Below, piece after piece: positions 61,027 to 64,000 of a DNA stretch of 64,000 nt. The notes under the pieces are model-generated. The model was not told the origin of the DNA, ran no database searches, and saw only the letters and a program-made list of their open reading frames with translations. Numbering within the stretch: position 1 is the first letter of the stretch; each line of letters starts with the position of its first letter. Source of the DNA: an uncultured candidate division Zixibacteria bacterium (GTDB lineage Bacteria > Zixibacteria > MSB-5A5 > GN15 > FEB-12); contig CAVTJJ010000006.1 of assembly GCA_963735035.1 (NCBI GenBank), positions 639,700 to 703,699 of the forward strand. The letters are read 5' to 3'. The position numbers and the translations under genes are program-made.

Positions 61027-63960
61027 GTGAATTGGCGCAATACTCTTCTCGGTCTGATCTTAACAGTTGTACTTGGCTTGTCAGCCATTCCACTGCTGGC
61101 CGCCGACCACGGTGAGTTCTACTTCAAATTCAAATCCCCCTCGCGACCTCAGCTTGATAAGATATCGCGTCTGATCTCGATTGACCAAGTCTCTGCCAAC
61201 GAAGTGCACGCTTACGCCAACAGCGCCGAACTGGCCCGGTTTCGGGAATTGGGCATCGCGTATGAGCTTCTCCCCCATCCAGGCACGCTGATAAATCCCA
61301 GGATGTCCTCCGCCAAAGGGGTCAAGGCCGCCTGGGACGCTTATCCAACTTACGATGCCTATGTATCAATGATGTATCAATTCCAGACCGACTTCCCCAC
61401 CCTCTGTCAGATAGTCAACGTTGGATCAAGTACGGATGGTCGAGCGATACTCTTCGCGCGCATTTCCGGCAACGTTGGGATCGAAGAGGACGAGCCAGAA
61501 GTCATGTATACGAGCTCGATGCACGGCGACGAGACCACCGGGTATATTCTCTCCCTCCGGCTGATCGATTCCCTGCTTCACGGCTACGGCAGCAATGCGT
61601 ATGTTACCCGGCTGGTTGACAGCATGGAGATATGGATCAACCCACTGGCCAACCCTGATGGGACCTACTTTTCGGGGAACAACGATATATACGGGGCGCG
61701 GCGGTATAACACTAACGGCGTCGATCTTAACCGCAATTACCCCGATCCGGCGGCGGGCGATCATCCCGATGGCCATGCGTGGCAGCAGGAAACACAAGTA
61801 ATGACGGCATTTGCCGAGGCCCATTCGATATCCATATCTGCGAATTTCCACGGGGGGGCCGAAGTCATCAACTACCCCTGGGATACATGGGCTCGCTCCC
61901 ACCCCGACGAAAACTGGTATCGATCGGCATGTCTGGCGTGGGCGCTATCGGCTCAGAATGCCAGCCCCTACAATTACATGGAGAGCTATCAATTTCCCGA
62001 CGGTACCACCAATGGTTACGACTGGTACCGGGTCACGGGCGGGCGTCAGGACTATATGATCTACTGGCGCGGCGGTCGCGAGATCACAGCCGAACTTTCC
62101 AATGTCAAACTACTTTCTGAGACTGAGCTCCCTGACCACTGGAATTACAACCGTCAGGCCCTGATGACCTACCTCGAAAACGCGCTTTATGGCATCAGAG
62201 GCGTGGTCACCGATGCTTCATCTTTGACTCCGGTGGCGGCGACAATAAAAGTACTCGGCCTCGATGTCGACAACAGCCAGGTCTTCACCGATCCGGATGT
62301 CGGTGACTACCATCGCATGATCTACCGAGGCACTTACGATTTGGTATTTTCCGCGCTGGGATACCAGCCCGATACAGTAACCGGGATAGTGGTAACCGAT
62401 GGAACCTCTACGCGTGTTGATGTCGCGCTGCAGCCGCTGGCGGGTGTGCCCGATCTGGCGCTCGTTTCCCACGATATCGATTTGATCAGCCGTAATGACA
62501 ACGTCTCGATGGCGATCACGCTCGTCAATAATGGCGGCGGCAATGCAACAGCGATAACATCGACCCTTCAGACATCTGATCCGTACATCCAGATCACACA
62601 AGCCAACTCTGGATATGCCACGATTTCTGGCCTGGGTGGTACGGGAACCTCGACCTCGGACTATGTTTTCCAGGTATCGGGTTCATGTCCTCTCAACTAC
62701 CTAGGCACAAATGCAGCTACAGGTTAGTGCCTCTGAGGGCTACAACGTGACCATTCCCGTCAAGGTGCTAATTGAACCGGTCAGGGACAATTTCGAATCT
62801 GGCACGTTCTCAACGCTTCCGTGGACATATGGCGAATTTCCCTGGGGCATTGAACTTACCGATGTTGGCGAGGGCATTTTCTCGGCCCGATCGGGAGTAA
62901 TTGCCGACAATGAGACGTCCCAGGCTCGACGTTCAAGTCGATGTCGCTGAGTCAGGGCGGCTATGGTTTGATCTCAATGTATCGTCCGAGCCGGGGTATG
63001 ACTTTCTTCGCTTTCTGATAGATGGTTCGGAAGTCCGATCATGGTCGGGTGAAGTTGCCTGGACCCGCGTGTCGTTCGAAATTCCGTCGGGCGCCCACAC
63101 TCTTACCTGGGAATATTCCAAAGATGCGTGGTCGACATCAGGACGTGACCTGGCGGCTATCGACCGCGTTATCTTCCCCGCCCTGGTCAGCAGTCTTCAG
63201 ATATACGCAGAAAGTCCTTCGACCATCTACCGTAGGTCGGCCGTACGAAGATCAATTGTCTGCCTTCCGGCCGACTTGGTCAGGCAACCTGGTCGGACAA
63301 GAACGGTGATCTGACTGGGACATGGTTGAGCCTGTCTGCTGATGGTTTCATCAGCGGGACTCCCACCTCGGCCGGTACCACTACATTTACCGCCCGTGTG
63401 GAAGACGCCGCTGGATCACCCGACGAAGCTTTGCTGACCGTGACGATAAACCCTCTGCCGGAAATTGCCACCCTTTCGCTCCCTGAAGCGAGATAGAAAC
63501 GACTTCTACTCGGTTCAACTTGAGTCTGCCCACGGTACACCCGCAATGACCTGGACAGAAACTTCGGGCGTTCTCGCCGGGACCGGTTTGTCATTGACAT
63601 CAAGTGGTGAACTCTCCGGGAATCCGACCGTCAGTGGCGTTCTGGAGCTTCACATCGCTCTGACTGACTATGCCGGCGCTCAAGCATCGGCCATACTTCC
63701 ATTGACCATCACCGGGGGATGTTGTTTCGGAACGGTAGGTGACGCCAATCATTCAGGGGGCGATCCCACAATCGGCGATATCTCCGTCATGATCGACATG
63801 CTCTTTGTCAGCGGACAGCCCGTGGTCCTGCCTGGCCGAGGCCGATGTCAACCAGTCGGGAGGGGTCGATCCCACCGCCGAAGACATTACGATTGGTGAT
63901 ATCTCAAAATTGATAGAACACCTGTTCATATCAGGTGTCGCTCTGCCAAACTGCCTGTAA
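61027..63960 (+). CDS. Secreted M14 zinc carboxypeptidase with Ig-like repeats and C-terminal Cys-rich dockerin-like domain; multiple frameshifts after about 62700
   Basis: HGDE, NPDG, DLNRN, NFHGG, YPWD and GGRQD motifs; downstream fragments give SSEPGYDFL.F.IDG, G.ISGTPT Ig repeats and CCFGTVGDAN...CLAEADVNQSGG...TIGDISKLIEHLF...NCL* (stop at 63958-63960). Confidence 0.85.
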
Positions 63961-64000
63961 ACCTGGGGGAAATGCCCTATGAGGCTTCCAGCCGGAGCCG

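Overview
GC-rich bacterial chromosome segment from a diderm organism, probably Candidatus Zixibacteria or a related FCB-group lineage. This is inferred from the Cys-rich dockerin-like C-terminal domains on secreted proteins, and no database check was possible. Most of the window is core genome: a proS-rimP-nusA-infB-rbfA-nrnA-truB-ribF-rpsO-pnp-M16 peptidase-deacetylase-leuS run on the minus strand, tyrS, PBP1A, tRNA-Leu(CAA), tRNA-Arg(CCG), a murein-peptide recycling cluster, sugar ABC and ABC-2 transporters, Tex and a TetR-TolC-MFP-RND efflux operon. The best candidates for undescribed biology are: (1) a translationally coupled operon of four uncharacterised membrane proteins (DUF6754-type plus partners) and a 42-aa zinc-ribbon microprotein missing from the ORF track; (2) three secreted proteins (WD40 propeller, beta-helix protein, M14 carboxypeptidase) ending in dockerin-like domains, one also with a cohesin-like N-terminus, suggesting a non-cellulosomal cohesin-dockerin assembly; (3) two families of REP-like palindromic repeats; (4) a hairpin that would hide the leuS start codon only in read-through transcripts. 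infB, tex, a polyferredoxin and the carboxypeptidase carry frameshifts whose density rises toward the right end, most likely assembly indel errors. No transposase, integrase, reverse transcriptase, CRISPR array or rRNA was seen.
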